Shown here: positions 12,801 through 24,805 of the stretch, piece by piece
Position numbering within the stretch: position 1 is the first letter of the stretch
Layout: each line of letters opens with the position of its first letter
NCBI GenBank assembly: GCA_003344405.1
Contig: NOWV01000030.1
Location: 248,001 to 312,000 of the forward strand
DNA length: 64,000 nt
From: Trichoplax sp. H2
Taxonomy: Eukaryota
Direction of reading: 5' to 3'
The notes under the pieces: generated by a model
What the model saw: the letters and a program-made list of their open reading frames with translations, nothing else
Database searches by the model: none
What the model was told of the DNA's origin: nothing
Translations under genes and position numbers: made by a program

Positions 12801-15800
12801 TTTCTCTAATTTGAATCTTTTTTACTTGGTTAGAAGTGGTCTATTTCCACTTGAATGTAGCCTAAAACGATCGTGAACAACATGGAGAAACATTTGATTT
12901 TTCTCCAATTTGAATCTTTTTACCAGCCTGGAGAAGAAATTACTCGGTGACTAAAGCGATGATGAGGATCATAAAGAAACATTTGATTTTTATCCAATAG
13001 GAATCTTTTTACCAGCTGGGAGTAGATATTACTTGGTAACTAAACGATCATGAAGAACATGAAGAAACATTTTATTTTGAGGGGAATTTGAATCTTTTTT
13101 ACTAGCCGGGAGAGAAAAGTGCTCAGTGACTAGAAATGACCTATTTCTACTCGGACTAAGCCTAAAACGATCATAAAGAAACATTTTATTTTTATAGGAG
13201 ATACGAGTTTGAATCTTTTTTACCAGCCGGGAAAAGAAAAGATTTTAGTGCGGTCAAATATTAGCACCTGCATTCTCTTCATCGACTTGGACGACAATAT
13301 CAATCCATGGCCATGTTGAAACTCAATCCTAACCTCGTTCTCTACCTTTTCCATTCACTAGGAATGGAGAAAAAAATGGCCCTTGCAATAGCATGATAAT
13401 GTAAGCGTAAAATTAGTCAATATGTCATCATCACTAGCTAACCCCCTCCCCTCTTCTATCCATGTCATGTTGGCTAGAGATTGATGACGATGGAAGGGAC
13501 GTCGATCATCTCTTATTTATTTTAAGCGGTTAGTCCATAAGGAGATGGGATTTTTCCCCGTCATTTCTCTGTCAATATCGTGCCTTGTATCGGCCCTGTC
13601 CAACTTAGTTTAGGATAGTGGTCGAGATGGAAATGATGTATAAGAAAGAAATCAATTGGACGACATGGATCGAAATTGCTACCAGGAAAACTTGATTTTT
13701 ATTTCGGTAACGATTGTTGCTATTGAAGGAAAGATAATTTCTAAGAGAAACATGGATAGACTTGTTACAGACTGGATGACAACTAGTAAGACAATAATCT
13801 CAAGTCAGAAAGAGTCGACAAGAACTGTATAGTATTTTAAGAGAATCATTTGAAGTAGGCAAGAGGAGAACAGGAAGTGTATAGCAAGAGAATCAAGTAG
13901 GGAAGAGTAGAACAGAAGCTGCAGCAAGAGAACCATATCAAGTAGGCAAGAGTAGAACAAGAACTGCATAGCAAGAGAATCATTCAAAGTAGGCAAGAGT
14001 AGAACAGGAACTACATACTAAGAGAATCATTTAAAGTAGGCAAGTGGAGAACAAGAACTGTATAGCAAGAGAACCATGTCAAGTAGGCAAGAGTAGAACA
14101 AGAACTGTAATGCAAGAGAATCATGTCAAGTAGGGAAGAGTAGAACAGGAACTGCATAGCAAGAGAAGCATGTCTAGTAAGGAAGAGTAGAACAGGAACT
14201 GCATAGCAAGAGAAGCATGTCTAGTAGGGAAGAGTAGAACAAGAACTTTAAAATTAGGGAATCATTTGAAGTAGGGAAGAATAGAACAGAAACTGCGTAG
14301 CACGATAATAATTTTCAAGCTAGGAAAGAGTCGATGAAAAATGCATTGCAAAACAAGAATCTCTAGTCAAGAAGAGTAGGTGAAAAATGCTTAGTAAGAC
14401 AATCATCTCAAAGGGTGCAATTGGTTTTGGATGTACCAGATTGATTGTACAGAAATGATAACTATACATGCTCGACTTGATCCTTTCTTGGCTGTGTAGA
14501 TAGAGGAGAAAAATGAATGTTTTTTTCCTAATCCTCATCCCTCTTGATGTCCTAGTGTAACATTTATCTTTTTGATCGGTGCAATCTATTCCTTCATCAT
14601 CGTCGATGATGGTGATGGAGAAAGTCCTGTTTCCTTCCAGAGTTTGGCTTGCATGCGATCTATTCCTTCCATCCTAACATTTTTACAGATGAAGATTTAG
14701 AAAGTCCTATTTCCTTCAAGAGTTTAGTTTCAGTGCGATCTATTCTATCCATCAATTTATCATTATGGATGATAATGGAGAAAGTCGCCTTTCCATCCCT
14801 TCATCATCGTAGCTGGTGATGGACACATAATTGATGGAGAAAGTCATATTGCCTTGAAGAGTTTCTAGTCGATCTATTCTTTCTGTTGATTACCATTTCG
14901 GATGATTCCTTTCCTCGATTCATCATTATAAAGAATAATGGGGAAAGTCATATTTCCTTCAACAGTTTTTTGTACCATCGATTCCTTCATCATTATAGAT
15001 GGCGATGGAGAATATCATATGTTTCCTTTCAAGAGTTTCAATGCGATCTACTCCTTCATCCCTTCATTATCGTCTACGGCGATTGAGTTGAACATCTATG
15101 TCTATTTCTACCATCGACTCGTTATTTTAGATAGTAGAGAAAGTCATTTTTCCTTTAAGAGTTTCATGCGATCTATTTCTTCCCTTCATAATCGTAGATG
15201 ATGGTGAAAGTTTTATTCCCTTAAAGAGTTTAATTTTGATTACAATCTTGTTGAAATAGATAACTTGTGTAGCATAGTAAACTGAAGTAAGTGGCGAAGA
15301 CCACTCAATTCTACAGCGGATTATCATCGCTCGAGCTAGAGAGATGTAGAACGAGACGGATCATGTCTCATTTTCTTTAGCAGTATAGACTGCAATTATA
15401 TCAACTCTTTGCATTTCTCCACTTTCTCCTACTGCATTGCTAGTGCCTAGGGAAGGATAATTTGAAACCCATTCCAGTTGTTACCATGAAATTAATACAA
15501 CAACTACAACACTATATCCTAACGGGTAGCTACTGTCCCAATCAATACAAGAGAAATTCAATGTACTTCATTTTCAAATTGAAAGTGGATTGCATCATTT
15601 TGACATAGTTTTATTTTAATTCAATTGGGTGCCTGCGTTACTATTGAAAAATTGTTTTATTCACATCATGATAATGTTCTGTAAAAGAGTTTAAAAAAAC
15701 AATTAGATGCTGTTGATGATTGATTGAATCGAAACTAGTAATCATGCTTGTACAATTAATTCTAACGTTTTATTTTCTATCTTCAGGCATTATGTCGTGA

Positions 15801-18616
15801 TCGGCCCTGAAGGATCTCCGTATGAAGGTAGAATAAATTAATGATATGATTTCAAGTTTATTCTTGGTGTTGTGACTAATGTCGATACAACATACTATAC
15901 CCCCTTGAAAGGCTATATCAATATGGTTTGTATTGAAAATTGACTTTGAGATCGACTGAGCAAGTTGATAATATTGCTATTGAAGCAAATCTTTTCCTAA
16001 AAATGGCCATGTTGTTATCTAATTTAATTTGTATCAATTGTTGATAAAAATTAAATTGGATATCAACATCACCATTTTTGGGGAAAGATTTATCTCGATG
16101 GCAATAATTATTGATAAAAGTTAAATTAGATATCAACATGACCTTTTAGGGAAAGATTTGGTTCAATAGCAATATTGTATATAATTCATTAACAATTAAG
16201 ATCCAGTAAGCTACTGCAGTACATGATATTGCTATTGAATCAAATTATTCTTCGAAATAACCATGTTGATAGTAAGTAAGTCTGCTATAGCTTGTATAAA
16301 TTACTGTATTACTGACATCAACATCTAGTTAGCTAGTAGATGATGTTGCTATTGGACCGATCCTTTCTTCCGAGGGACTACGTAATATCTCCATCTACTG
16401 TAGATCCAGTTTGCTAGTGGATGATATGACCAGCCAATCTTCTTCTTCAAAATGACCAATTTCATGTAGCCAGAGATGGAACGTGGTACTCTTAAAAAGG
16501 AGACAGACTTTCAACATAAACAACAAGTCATAACATTGTCATTATTAGGCACGGCATGATAAATAAGTTTTTACATCCTTTCATATACGGTAGATCACGT
16601 AGTAGGAACTTAGTTTACTAAAGAAAATCTGTAATTACTTTCTACTGTACTCGTACACGATAAACTTGCATATGGCTGCCTACTGTTATCTATTTGACAA
16701 AGTGGCGATAATTAATGAATTAATTATTAAAACAGGCATAGTTAATTGTTCTTGTAGAGAATGAATGCAAAAGCAAATACTATATATACTAAGCATATAT
16801 TATTCAACTTCAAATAAGCTAATTAGTTTCCATCGTAGTATTTAAATGAAATTGCTCACTGAAATGCTATCCAACAATCAACCTTACAACTTTGATAGTT
16901 TGAAAAGGCTGCTATGCATACATACATTTACGATATGTTGTGAAAATCACTGGATAAAGTAACCATAGTTAATACTTTCTTCAGCAGCTTCGAGTAAATT
17001 AAAAAACTTTCGTAATAATTGGTATAAATTTAAATTCTGCTAGTACTATCATTTTAATGTATTAATACTGTATAATATATACATTTCTAAAGACAAATGA
17101 ATGCTAAATACATTAAAATTGAAAATTGATGAATTGTGCCAGGTAGTAGGTAACTACGTACTGTATGTAAGATACTCGTGCATATACGGTATACGCGTAT
17201 AGGTGAAAATTGGATATTCTTACTTCTCATTGAAAATGTAAAAATATACTTATCTTTTCGTATTGTATACAATACGAGTATAATTTGTTGTCCTGCATGC
17301 GCTTTTGCTTATGCTACCCTTTATGTGAGTAATGGCAAATTAAAGTTATTAGTGATACGCTCACTTACATATTTGTGAAAATTGGATATCGAAAAAGTGT
17401 TGAATTTTTCCTGAAATTGTTGTTCTTATTTCTATGTTCTTCGGAAATATAAAAATTATTCAGTCTGTTCGTTTTATATTACGTACGAATCTAATTGTAC
17501 TGTCTTAAGAGAATTTATGATCGTACTACACTTCATGCTAGTAATAATGGTAAGACGTAGCTATTTATTTTAAACTTTGATAGCGCCATTTTATGCTTTT
17601 ATCGATGTACAGCAATTTAAAAGCAGCGAAAGAATACTTTTTTCACTATAAAGATTTATAAAACTTTCCTTACATCTTTTATAGACGGTTATTACCATGG
17701 GAAATTGGTATTTTCTCGTGATTATCCATTTAAACCACCTAGTATCTATATGATAACGCCAAATGGTCGATTTAAATGTAATACGAGGTTAGTTGAATAT
17801 ACTGGCCTGTATTAACTTTTATTTAGGGGTATTATCAATTAACAGTGCTCATAAATGACTGCTCTAAACTATGAAATCAATACCTTGACTGTATAATAAT
17901 TTTATCTTGGTGCAACTGCCCGTTAATTCTGTCATTTCCCATTCTACGTATAATTATCAATGCATAGATTATGCCTTTCAATAAGCGACTTTCATCCTGA
18001 CACTTGGAATCCTGCGTGGTCAGTGTCAACCATTCTAACTGGTTTACTTAGTTTTATGGTAAGTCTCGAGTACTTTGTTATAACTTTGTTAAACTCGCAA
18101 TAGTTAACAATTTATCTTGTCATCGTGATTTACAGTTAGAAAAGACGTCAACACTTGGTAGCATAGAAACGGCTGATTTTACAGTAAGGCATTGTGTGAC
18201 GACATAGGTGATTGGGTTTAAGCTGTTCATAAAGTAAAAAATCTTAAAATACCCATTATTGCAGAAACGTCGATTAGCCTGGGAGAGTTTGCAATACAAT
18301 TTGAATGATGCAATATTTCGGGAATGCTTCCCAGATATCGTCGAGGTAATTTCACTACCAAGAAAAAAGATTCTTTACATAAGAGTGTTATATAAGTTGA
18401 CAATTGAAAAATTTTCCCTTTCTCATTTTATTGACGTAGAGAATACAAAAAGTTTTGGATAAAAGAAAACGCTTAGGTCTAAAATGTGAATATGATGTCG
18501 ATTTCGCTCGATCATCCAATGATAGTAACTCATCAGTCATAGCAAATGCTGCTTTCGTCTGCGGTGTCGTCATGTTTGCCTACGTCGTCAAGCAAGTTGT
18601 TGAGGCCGTTGCTTAA
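9885..18616 (+). CDS. UBE2J2: Ubiquitin-conjugating enzyme E2 J2 (Ubc6 family, tail-anchored), 7 coding exons
   Basis: Exons 9885-10009, 15787-15827, 17685-17787, 17968-18058, 18136-18183, 18265-18345, 18440-18616. They encode [65 protein letters not shown]...[48 protein letters not shown]..., with the catalytic Cys in RLCLS and a C-terminal hydrophobic anchor ([17 protein letters not shown]). Confidence 0.97.
10480..12390. repeat. Degenerate tandem family (about 210-250 bp, about 9 copies) in UBE2J2 intron 1
   Basis: Recurrent AGGGAATAGATCCAATCGACTTT...GATCTCCATTGGATTCATGGAAGCAG..ATGAAATTTT...GGCGTTGAAAATT...GGACGTTTTCAACG. Confidence 0.85.
12390..13240. repeat. Degenerate tandem family (about 75-110 bp) in UBE2J2 intron 1
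   Basis: Recurrent GAAGAAACATTT..TTTTCTCCAATTTGAATCTTTT and AGCCTAAAACGATC. Confidence 0.85.
13840..14300. repeat. Purine-rich 47-bp minisatellite, about 10 copies
   Basis: Unit about CAAGTAGGCAAGAGTAGAACAAGAACTGCATAGCAAGAGAATCATGT; registers at 14081, 14128, 14175, 14222. Confidence 0.92.
14575..15235. repeat. Degenerate tandem family (about 60-90 bp) in UBE2J2 intron 1
   Basis: Recurrent GCGATCTATTCC..TCAT..TAGATGATGGAGAAAGTC.TATTTCCTTCAAGAGTTT. Confidence 0.8.
15970..16460. repeat. Mixed direct/inverted repeat cluster (about 66-bp unit) in UBE2J2 intron 2
   Basis: Forward unit 15972-16037, inverted copies 16041-16106 and 16111-16175, further diverged forward copies near 16225, 16342 and 16420. 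Confidence 0.85.
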
Positions 18617-19143
18617 TTTCATCTTTGTATTATATGTCCTGAACTCACTTCTTTAGATTATGATAATAATGATTGTGTCAAAAAGTTTATTGAGTTGATG
18701 CATGAAATTCCATCAAGCACTGTTAATTTCGGCACTAATTTGCAATCAAAACGCACTCTTGTTTTACACCTGTTTGATGAAATTTTATCAATTGGGTTAT
18801 TAAACAATCTTTAGATAGTGCTACGATATCGCAAAGGATATGAAGCTTTCGTCTAGTATAATACAACACATTTGTAAAATATGAGCATATACGAAGAGCA
18901 TTAGCTCACTCTATAATATACTCACAATTTCTTTCTATGATTGCATGTTATTACAACAAATTGCTATTTTTTATCTTATACCTCTTTAACTGTTCCAATA
19001 ATTAATTAATCAACATCATTGAAAATCGCGTCAATTAAAACGGCATCATAATTAAAAAATATATATACGTACTCAAAGTGTTTAATGAGTTTAAAAGGTA
19101 GAAACGTAATTTTACATAGCAATTAATTACGCTATTAATGGTA

Positions 19144-22100
19144 TTAAATAGGATTATAGTGGTGTAAGTGAATTAATCTTGAAGCTTCAGTGCTTTCGCG
19201 GCATAGTGGACATTCAGGCTTAGAGATATGAAAAAAAATTAGGGATTTATATTGTAAATACACGCTAGAGCAAGAAATAATATCACTGCTGGCTAAGGGA
19301 TTTATTTACCTTGGTTCTACACCATCCTGCTATGCAATGCCAGCAAAAGATATGGCCACAAGGTGTACAAGTAGGATGTTGGCACGATTCTAAACACAGG
19401 CAACATTTAATGTTCACCGTCGTTGAGACCTGATGGTGCATTTGCGAGGTTTCTTGATGTCCTTCAATAAACATATGAAATATTCGTCAATCATTTGATG
19501 GGTACGTATCTCACTCATTTTTACGAATCTATCGCTACATTTATTTACTCCTGCTTTTAGTAATGACTACAAATTAGGTTACTATAATGTAAAGATAGAG
19601 AAAGCGGTATTTCAATTTAAATTATCTCTCCATTCATTGCACTGATAGTTGTATTGGTTTGTTTATTCAATCTAATTTTGTAATACTCAATTATGTGTCT
19701 TAGAAATATACATGATTTTAATGCAATTAATAAACAATTAACCTGGTATTAATGGATGATTACTTTGTGATGTGGATGGACGAATATAAAGGGGCAACCA
19801 CTGAATGATGGAAATAATCAACTGAATAAATGACAACCAACCCAATATTCGATATGTAATAGACGCCAATTGATCTTTCTCTGTTTCTCGTACTAGTATC
19901 TATAGATTGTTGATATATCAAGATAGGTTGGTTACAATGGTGATATTTTATAATACCGAAATTAATATTGCAAGTTTATTACTACTGTAGTCCTTGCAAT
20001 GCTAATTTATTTATTTTAGCTTTGCATCAGTAGTATGTCTGGATAAATTAATGTACACGGTTATATAGTAATTACAGTAATAATAGTTTATACATTCAAA
20101 TAGCTTGATTAGATACTTACATGTTTGATTCTAGTAAACCTTTTGGCGATATGATAAAAGACTCCATTGAAATAGAAAGAAATGGTATGAATTTGTTGAA
20201 ATACTATAAAAAGTCGATAGAGAAAAAATACAATTTCATTCTTGCTGCATGGATTGAAAGTAAATAGAATCCTAAAGTTGCGCCAGAAAGTTAGATGGAA
20301 TATACACGCATGTACTAGAGGTATAGAACAAATCTCTTTTACTATTACTATTTTCCTTACAGCTAATTAAATTTTTTAAGACAGGAATCAATAATTTCAA
20401 TCGTCTCCGATCTTCTTCGCTAAGGGTTCCTAAGTTATATAAGATAATAGCATTCATTGTAGTTTTGAAGAAAGTATATTACAATACATTTCCAAATACA
20501 CGAGTCTGCTTACATCTAGTATAAAAATTATCGTCTCAATGCAAAATTATGATACTTACTTAATAATTCTGGAGATCTTATCTCCTTTTCTAATTTACTT
20601 AATAGCTTTTCAAGCAAGTATGGAGTCAGTGTACTTAATAAAACCATCAATAAACGCCTCTATAGTGGAAGAAGTAGATAGAAATTTGTAAAAATCATCA
20701 TTAGGTCGACTGAATATGACGACAACATTACGAGTATGCTTATGAACATTATTAGACCTACTGAAAATGATGGTATCGATTTTCGTGTATCTTCCACCTG
20801 GATAAGATAGCAATACTCTTCACCAAGGGTTTGGTAGCCTATTTCGATATTATTAAATAGGAGCATAGTGCACTTGATAAGTTGATGTTTGATAAAGTAA
20901 CTCCTTTATCAGCTCGTCTTTCCATCAATTCATTACTAAATCATGGACTCTTGAAAATTATGGGTAATTTCAAGAGTCCATGACTAAGCAATATGACAAT
21001 AAATCAGGTCAAAGTTGATAATTTACTATTGAATGCAGTAGATTCACTACAAGCATCTACTGTCAAGCTGTCAATAAATACGCATAACAAATAATACAGT
21101 AGTTATTAATAGTGAGGAGCTAGAAATTCAAGTATTATTTTTTTAATCACTGCTGGCGTATTGTAATAGAATAAAGGTCTCTATTCAGTAAGAATATCAT
21201 CATGATTCTTACCAATTGTACAATGTCATTATGAAAAATAATAATTAATTATTGTCATTTTAATCTTACGAATATAGACTAGCTAAATAACCATGGAAGC
21301 TTATTTTCAATATATAACAAACTAATTCATAAGAAATTACTCATAGATTGCATTGAGTTTGATTACAGTAGTGCTTGTGTGAGGATAAGATAGTATAACT
21401 TCAGTATAGATATATTAACAAGTAGCTTCATATGATTGCCTCAAGAGGACATCTAAATTGCGATATTTAGAGATTATTATCCACATCGCTAGACCATACC
21501 AGATAGTGTGGATAATCCGAAATAAGCTAGTTCGGTAAGGATTTGCAATTCCCTTTGCCATTTAATCCACAGCCTGGAACCTATCAAAGTATTGGTAAAT
21601 TTTGATTGAAATCAAGCAGATAGTATACCTATGATATTTATCTTTGAAGTAAATTATTATCAATAGTGGCGTCATTTTTATCCGTCAATTCAGTAATAAA
21701 CTCTCGACTAATATTGTAGTCTCATTTATCTTTGTTCAGGTATTGCTAAGATATTAAAATAAGCGTATTCATCATTATCTATCACCGATGAATGCTTTAT
21801 TTTTGTTGCTGATCTAAAACAGTTCGATTAGTGCATATTGTTTTCCTTGTAATTATCAGCAGCTGATTGAAAAGGTAAGGTTGAAAGTTTGCACTTGGCC
21901 GGCCGAGCTAAATGAGCTTGTGTAGGCAAAATGAATTATTATTGCATGATTGATAGGCGTAGAAACCTAGGGATAGATTACCTAGATCATGATCTTAAAA
22001 CTGTATCTGACGTTGATAACATGAAAGCGATGAATTTAGCAATAAACAAGAGATTACAGTAATAGCCATTGATATGCTATAGTACTGCAAATAAATACAG

Positions 22101-23203
22101 TGGGTTTCAAGGATACATGTGCCCCCATTGAACTGGATAAGTAATACTGTAAAAGTATGGACACAGTGGGATATTATCAACCTTATATCGACTATCAATA
22201 ACGCTGCTGCCGAATGGTGGTCAAACTTATTGTAATCCATTTAATCAAGAGCTATAAATTAGTACGATAGCTCGTCATCGCCATTGCAAATTATGGCATT
22301 CAACATCTACAATTGCACCGTTGCTGCTGATTCTCTACGGAGTACGGCGAGAAAAGAGGATTTGCGTCGGTGAATTTTGGTATCCATGATACTACAGTAT
22401 ATACGAACTACAATTACTGTACGTATATTGCTACTAGACGACTCTATTTCTGGACTGTGTACGTCGACAATGTATAATATCATTGCTAGGACTTTTGTGT
22501 GGATGCACATACTCCTAGGTCGACTCAGCAAGAAATGCAGACCAATCCTTACATTGACAAGTTGAATTACGCTGGATAGTACGTTGGATATAAAGTATCG
22601 GTGAGTCGAAGCACATGACTGGTGCTATTTGCCAACGAAATATGTCGACAACTTGTGAGCAGGTAGAGAGAGACATTGGCCAGCATGAACTATTGACCTG
22701 GATTTGCATTTACATATGATTCTATTGGGTACGTCTACTTGGATTAGGGTATAAGACTAAGTCGGCCTTCTATTGCTCTCTTTATCTACAGAATAAGTTG
22801 ATAACATTGGCGTCTTGATGACCCAACATGACCGATTGATAGTTGTAGAGTTGATGTCGTTCTTTCAGCTCATTACAGTAGTCCTAAGCGTAGAAAGTGG
22901 AGAGTGATTTTGAAAGTCATTGACAAGTGGAATTTGCAGTTGATGGATTGCAAAGCGAACGGCTCCACTCGTATCGTCAACCCATCAACTCGCCTTTTGA
23001 TCAACCAGTACAGTAGTAGGTGAGCAATCACACTATCAAGAGAGCAATATCCATGATATCGTAGTCCTGAGGACTTTTACTACTAGTATCTTACCAAGGA
23101 TACCCCTGCTAACATCAGATGCAATATCTTTCAGCCAATTTAAGTAATAAACATCTTTTTGACTTGATCGAACTAATTCATCAGCTCCAGGTTGCGAGTC
23201 CAT
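19144..23203 (-). CDS. PEX10: Peroxisome biogenesis factor 10 (Pex2/Pex12 N-terminal domain + C3HC4 RING), 9 coding exons
   Basis: Exon 1 at 23095-23203 [20 protein letters not shown]...; 21500-21580 [28 protein letters not shown]; 20762-20838 YQTLGEEY; about 20121-20214 [19 protein letters not shown]; 19310-about 19462 [29 protein letters not shown]; 19144-19218 PECPLCR...*. Confidence 0.95.
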
Positions 23204-23501
23204 TTTCAACGGGTGACAATCATAACATGCAATGGATGACAGTGTCCAAAATAATCAATCTTAATCCAGTAATACTATTGGACTTTGCAACGTCTTGTAA
23301 TAGCCAATAGACCCACAAAAGAAGAGGATAAACGTTCAATTTCCACTTGAGATGGCTGCAATCGCCATACAATTCATCATTTCCAGCCAAGCTGTTGCTC
23401 GATTGGGCGTTGGACCCCCCCAAAGGTCAGAAAATCGATCTAGACCGATTCAGTAGGACAATCCCATACAGCAACCAGGGTTGTGTTCTAGATCATCGTC
23501 A

Positions 23502-24805
23502 GTGCTCTAGACGTTGACTGGAACTCATGCATTTGCTGTAACTACTATGTACTGGTTAGAACTCGAGCTAGCTGTATAGTGGCCACTAGGCAGGCAGGAG
23601 ATGTACTGCGATTCAGTATAAGAATTCCATACAGTAGGTAGGGTTGGGCTCTAAACTATCGCCAGTGCTTTAGACGTTGACTGGAACTAATGCATTTGCT
23701 GTAACTACTGTGTACTGGTTAGAACTTGAGCTAGCTGTATAGTGGCCACTATGCAGACAGGAGATGTACTACGATTCAGTATAAGAATTCGATACAGTAG
23801 GTAGGGTTGGGCTCTAAACTATCGCCAGTGCTCTAGACGTTGACTGGAACTAATGCATTTGCTGCAACTACTGTATACAGGATAGAACAGTAGGTAGTTG
23901 TATAGTGGCCACTATCCAGACAGGAGATGTACTACGATTCAGTATAAGAATTCGATACAGTAGGTAGGGTTGGGCTCTAAACTATCCCCAGTGCTCTAGA
24001 CGTTGACTGGAACCGATGCATTTGCTGCAACTATTGTGTACTGGTTAGAACTCGAGCTAGCTGTATAGCGGCCACTATGCAGAAATGAGACGTTTTACGA
24101 TTCAGTATAAGAATTCGATACAGTAGGTAGGATTACGCTCTAAACTATCGTCAGTGCTCTAGATGTTGACTGGAACCGATGCATTTGCTGTAACTACTGT
24201 GTACTGGATAGAACTCGAGCTAGCTGTATAGCGGCCACTATGCAGACAGGAGATGTACTACGATTCAGTATGAGAATTCGATACAGTAGGTAGGGCTACG
24301 CTCTAAACTATCGCCAGTGCTCTAGACGTTGAGTGGAACCGATGCATTTGCTGCAACTGCTGTCTACTGGATAGAACTCGAGCTAGCTGTATAGTGGCCA
24401 CTATGCAGACAGGAGATGTACTACGATTCAGTATAAGAATTCGATACAGTAGGTAGGGTTGCACTCTAAACTATCGCCAGTGCTCTAGACGTTGACTGGA
24501 ACCGATGCATTTGCTGCAACTACTGTATACAGGATAGAACAGTAGGTAGCTGTATAGTGGCCACTATGCAGACAGGAGATGTACTACGATTCAGTAGAAG
24601 AATTCGATACAGTAGGTAGGGTTGCGCTCTAAACTATCGCCAGTGGTCTAGGCGTTGACTGGAACCGATGCATTTGCTGCAACTACTATATACTGGATAG
24701 AACTCGAGCTAGCTGTATAGTAGCCACTATGCAGAAAGGAGATGTTTTACGATTCAGTCTAATAATTCGATACAGTAGGTAGGGCTACGCTCTAAACTAT
24801 CATGA
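23502..24805. repeat. 163-bp satellite, 8 equal-length units, with degenerate flanking copies (23447-23501, 24806-about 25200)
   Basis: Unit starts GTGCTCTAGACGTTGACTGG at 23502, 23665, 23828, 23991, 24154, 24317, 24480 and 24643, an exact 163-bp spacing. Confidence 0.97.

Noticed and set aside
13805..13996. Hydrophobic Leu-rich ORF
   Set aside because: Antisense reading of the 47-bp purine-rich minisatellite, whose period is not a multiple of 3.
21620..21950. Candidate first coding exon of PEX10
   Set aside because: Frames compatible with the next exon contain stops. The true exon with the RSSQKD motif is at 23095-23203.
23502..24805. CRISPR-like array (regular spacing, palindromic core)
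   Set aside because: Whole units are near-identical with no unique spacers, there are no cas genes and the context is eukaryotic. It is a satellite.
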